From sequence record SRR31156797_9811: a stretch of 36,225 nt of DNA; one strand, 5' to 3'. Numbering within the stretch: position 1 is the stretch's first letter; each line of letters begins with the position of its first letter. The notes beneath the pieces were generated by a model. It was not told the DNA's origin. It searched no databases and worked only from the letters and a program-made list of their open reading frames with translations. The position numbers were made by a program, and so were the translations under genes. Shown here piece after piece: positions 34,850 to 36,225 of the stretch.

Positions 34850-36196
34850 ATGAGTCAGCCTTTCAAAGATGCTGTCGGCTTTTGTAAAACCATCATGCGC
34901 AACGGTTACGATGCGTATGTTATCAATGTTCGCCTCCAGGCCTTGACTCTGGACGAAACGGGCGACGAAAAAGAACTCGACATCTGCACTGAGGCCGGTC
35001 TTTCCGAGCTTCAAAAATATTTCCCCAATCTCGAAGAATCTCAGGATAAGGGTATTCTCGGTTATCTGATGGAAGGCGGCGTGAAGTACTACTTCTACCC
35101 CGCAGACGTCACCGAGGCTTCCTATACGGATGAGGCCGTGTCTGTCATGACACCTCGTCTGTTGAAGCGGCTGGAACAGCGCGGGGATATTCCCTTGTCC
35201 GCTGTCTGTCCATTCATCCCTAAGGCCAAGGACATGTACGCCGATTTTGCCGATTTTTCCGAAGGTAAAATCCGTTTCAAAGGCGTCCCGGATCAGGCCC
35301 TCAAGAAGGATTACTCCTTGGCATATCGCGCCCTGCGGTTCGCTGCCAATTTTGACAAGGAAATCGAGGCCAATTCTTGGATTGCCATTGTGCGTAATGC
35401 TCGGCGAGTGCTTGACTATGTGCCCATGTCCGACTTTTTGGACGAATGGCGCAAGGTTGAGGCCGAAGCCATGTACAAATTCTTCCGCCTGCTCTTTGAT
35501 TCCATGCTTCTGCATGGCCTGATTCCTGAGGTTGCGGCTTTGTCCCGTGTCCATCAGATCAAGAATCCCGAAGAGGGTTCCGAAGAGACTGTGCTTGAGC
35601 ACACCTTTGACGTGATGAAGGCGTATCCCGAAGAATTGCCTTATGATTGGTACGGCACCGTTGCGTGTCTGTTCCATGATGTGGGCAAGCTTTACACGGC
35701 TGAGTTTTACGAGGAAAAGTGGAATTTTCTTCAGCATCACCGTGTGGGAGCCAAGGTTTCCCGTAAGATACTCAAGCGCCTGCGTTTTGAGGAACAGGAT
35801 ATCGACCTTGTGTGCGATTTAGTCCAGAACCACATGCGGCCTCACTTCATGCTCACAGATAAGGGCATCCGCCGTCTGCGTTCTCTGGATGAATATCCAC
35901 GTATCATGGAAATGGTTAAAGCGGACATTAAGGCCCGTGGCGCTTCCTGGCGCGAATTCAACCATAACCTCAAGATGGCTGAACGCGCCGATATCCCGGA
36001 AGACGAGATCGAGCCATTTATGGACGGTAATCGGATTATGACGCTCACCGGCCTCAAACCCGGTCCTATTGTCGGTCAGATTCGCGACGAACTGCTCAAG
36101 GCACAAATCGCGGACGACGTTGTTACCGACGAAGACGCCGAAAAGTTCGTCATCGATTATGTCAAAAAGAATCAATGCAAAGGCACGACCTGCTAG
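34850..36196 (+). CDS. HD-domain protein of the CCA-adding enzyme/poly(A) polymerase family with a degenerate nucleotidyltransferase head
   Basis: YRALRFAANF, EHTFDVM, LFHDVGK, LKRLRF, NHMRPH, KADIKAR, MDGNRIMTLTGLKPGPIVG; AAGGAG RBS. Confidence 0.85.
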   Translation: MSQPFKDAVGFCKTIMRNGYDAYVINVRLQALTLDETGDEKELDICTEAGLSELQKYFPNLEESQDKGILGYLMEGGVKYYFYPADVTEASYTDEAVSVMTPRLLKRLEQRGDIPLSAVCPFIPKAKDMYADFADFSEGKIRFKGVPDQALKKDYSLAYRALRFAANFDKEIEANSWIAIVRNARRVLDYVPMSDFLDEWRKVEAEAMYKFFRLLFDSMLLHGLIPEVAALSRVHQIKNPEEGSEETVLEHTFDVMKAYPEELPYDWYGTVACLFHDVGKLYTAEFYEEKWNFLQHHRVGAKVSRKILKRLRFEEQDIDLVCDLVQNHMRPHFMLTDKGIRRLRSLDEYPRIMEMVKADIKARGASWREFNHNLKMAERADIPEDEIEPFMDGNRIMTLTGLKPGPIVGQIRDELLKAQIADDVVTDEDAEKFVIDYVKKNQCKGTTC

Positions 36197-36212
36197 CGCA
36201 AGCCACACAAAT

Positions 36213-36225
36213 AAAAAAAGGGCCG
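36213..36225. terminator. Probable left half of an intrinsic terminator, cut by the window end
   Basis: AAAAAAAGGGCCG 16 nt after the stop; the other stem arm is outside the window. Confidence 0.35.

Noticed and set aside
34826-35740. 304-aa minus-strand ORF
   Set aside because: Almost entirely antisense to the HD-domain gene, with no recognisable domain

Overview
Bacterial chromosomal window; gene content and intergenic repeat style suggest Desulfovibrionaceae (e.g. Pseudodesulfovibrio), which is an inference. Housekeeping flanks: on the left a partial NtrX/NtrC-type sigma54 regulator, a geranylgeranyl-reductase-family flavoprotein, a POTRA-less Omp85 barrel, a Maf/DUF115 glycosyltransferase and nadE; on the right an Elp3-like radical SAM protein, an amidohydrolase, a palindromic repeat cluster, pyrB-pyrC and an HD-domain CCA/poly(A)-polymerase-like protein. 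Between them (about 7.3-29.6 kb) is a partly AT-richer glycan biosynthesis island with two main divergent arms. It encodes a WbpB-WbpD-like fusion, a radical SAM/SPASM protein, a DegT aminotransferase, an AsnB-type amidotransferase, a hexapeptide acyltransferase, a PseA/WbpG-HisH-HisF acetamidino module, a sulfotransferase-like protein, a polytopic GT-C-like membrane protein, two complementary degenerate NeuA-like cytidylyltransferases, a beta-rich hypothetical protein, GT2/GT4 enzymes, a SAM methyltransferase and two Rossmann+SGNH paralogues, one ending each arm. No wzx/wzy, initiating transferase or NeuB is recognisable, so the island best fits protein (flagellin) glycosylation with a heavily modified and possibly undescribed glycan. 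All calls come from reading motifs by eye; no searches were run.
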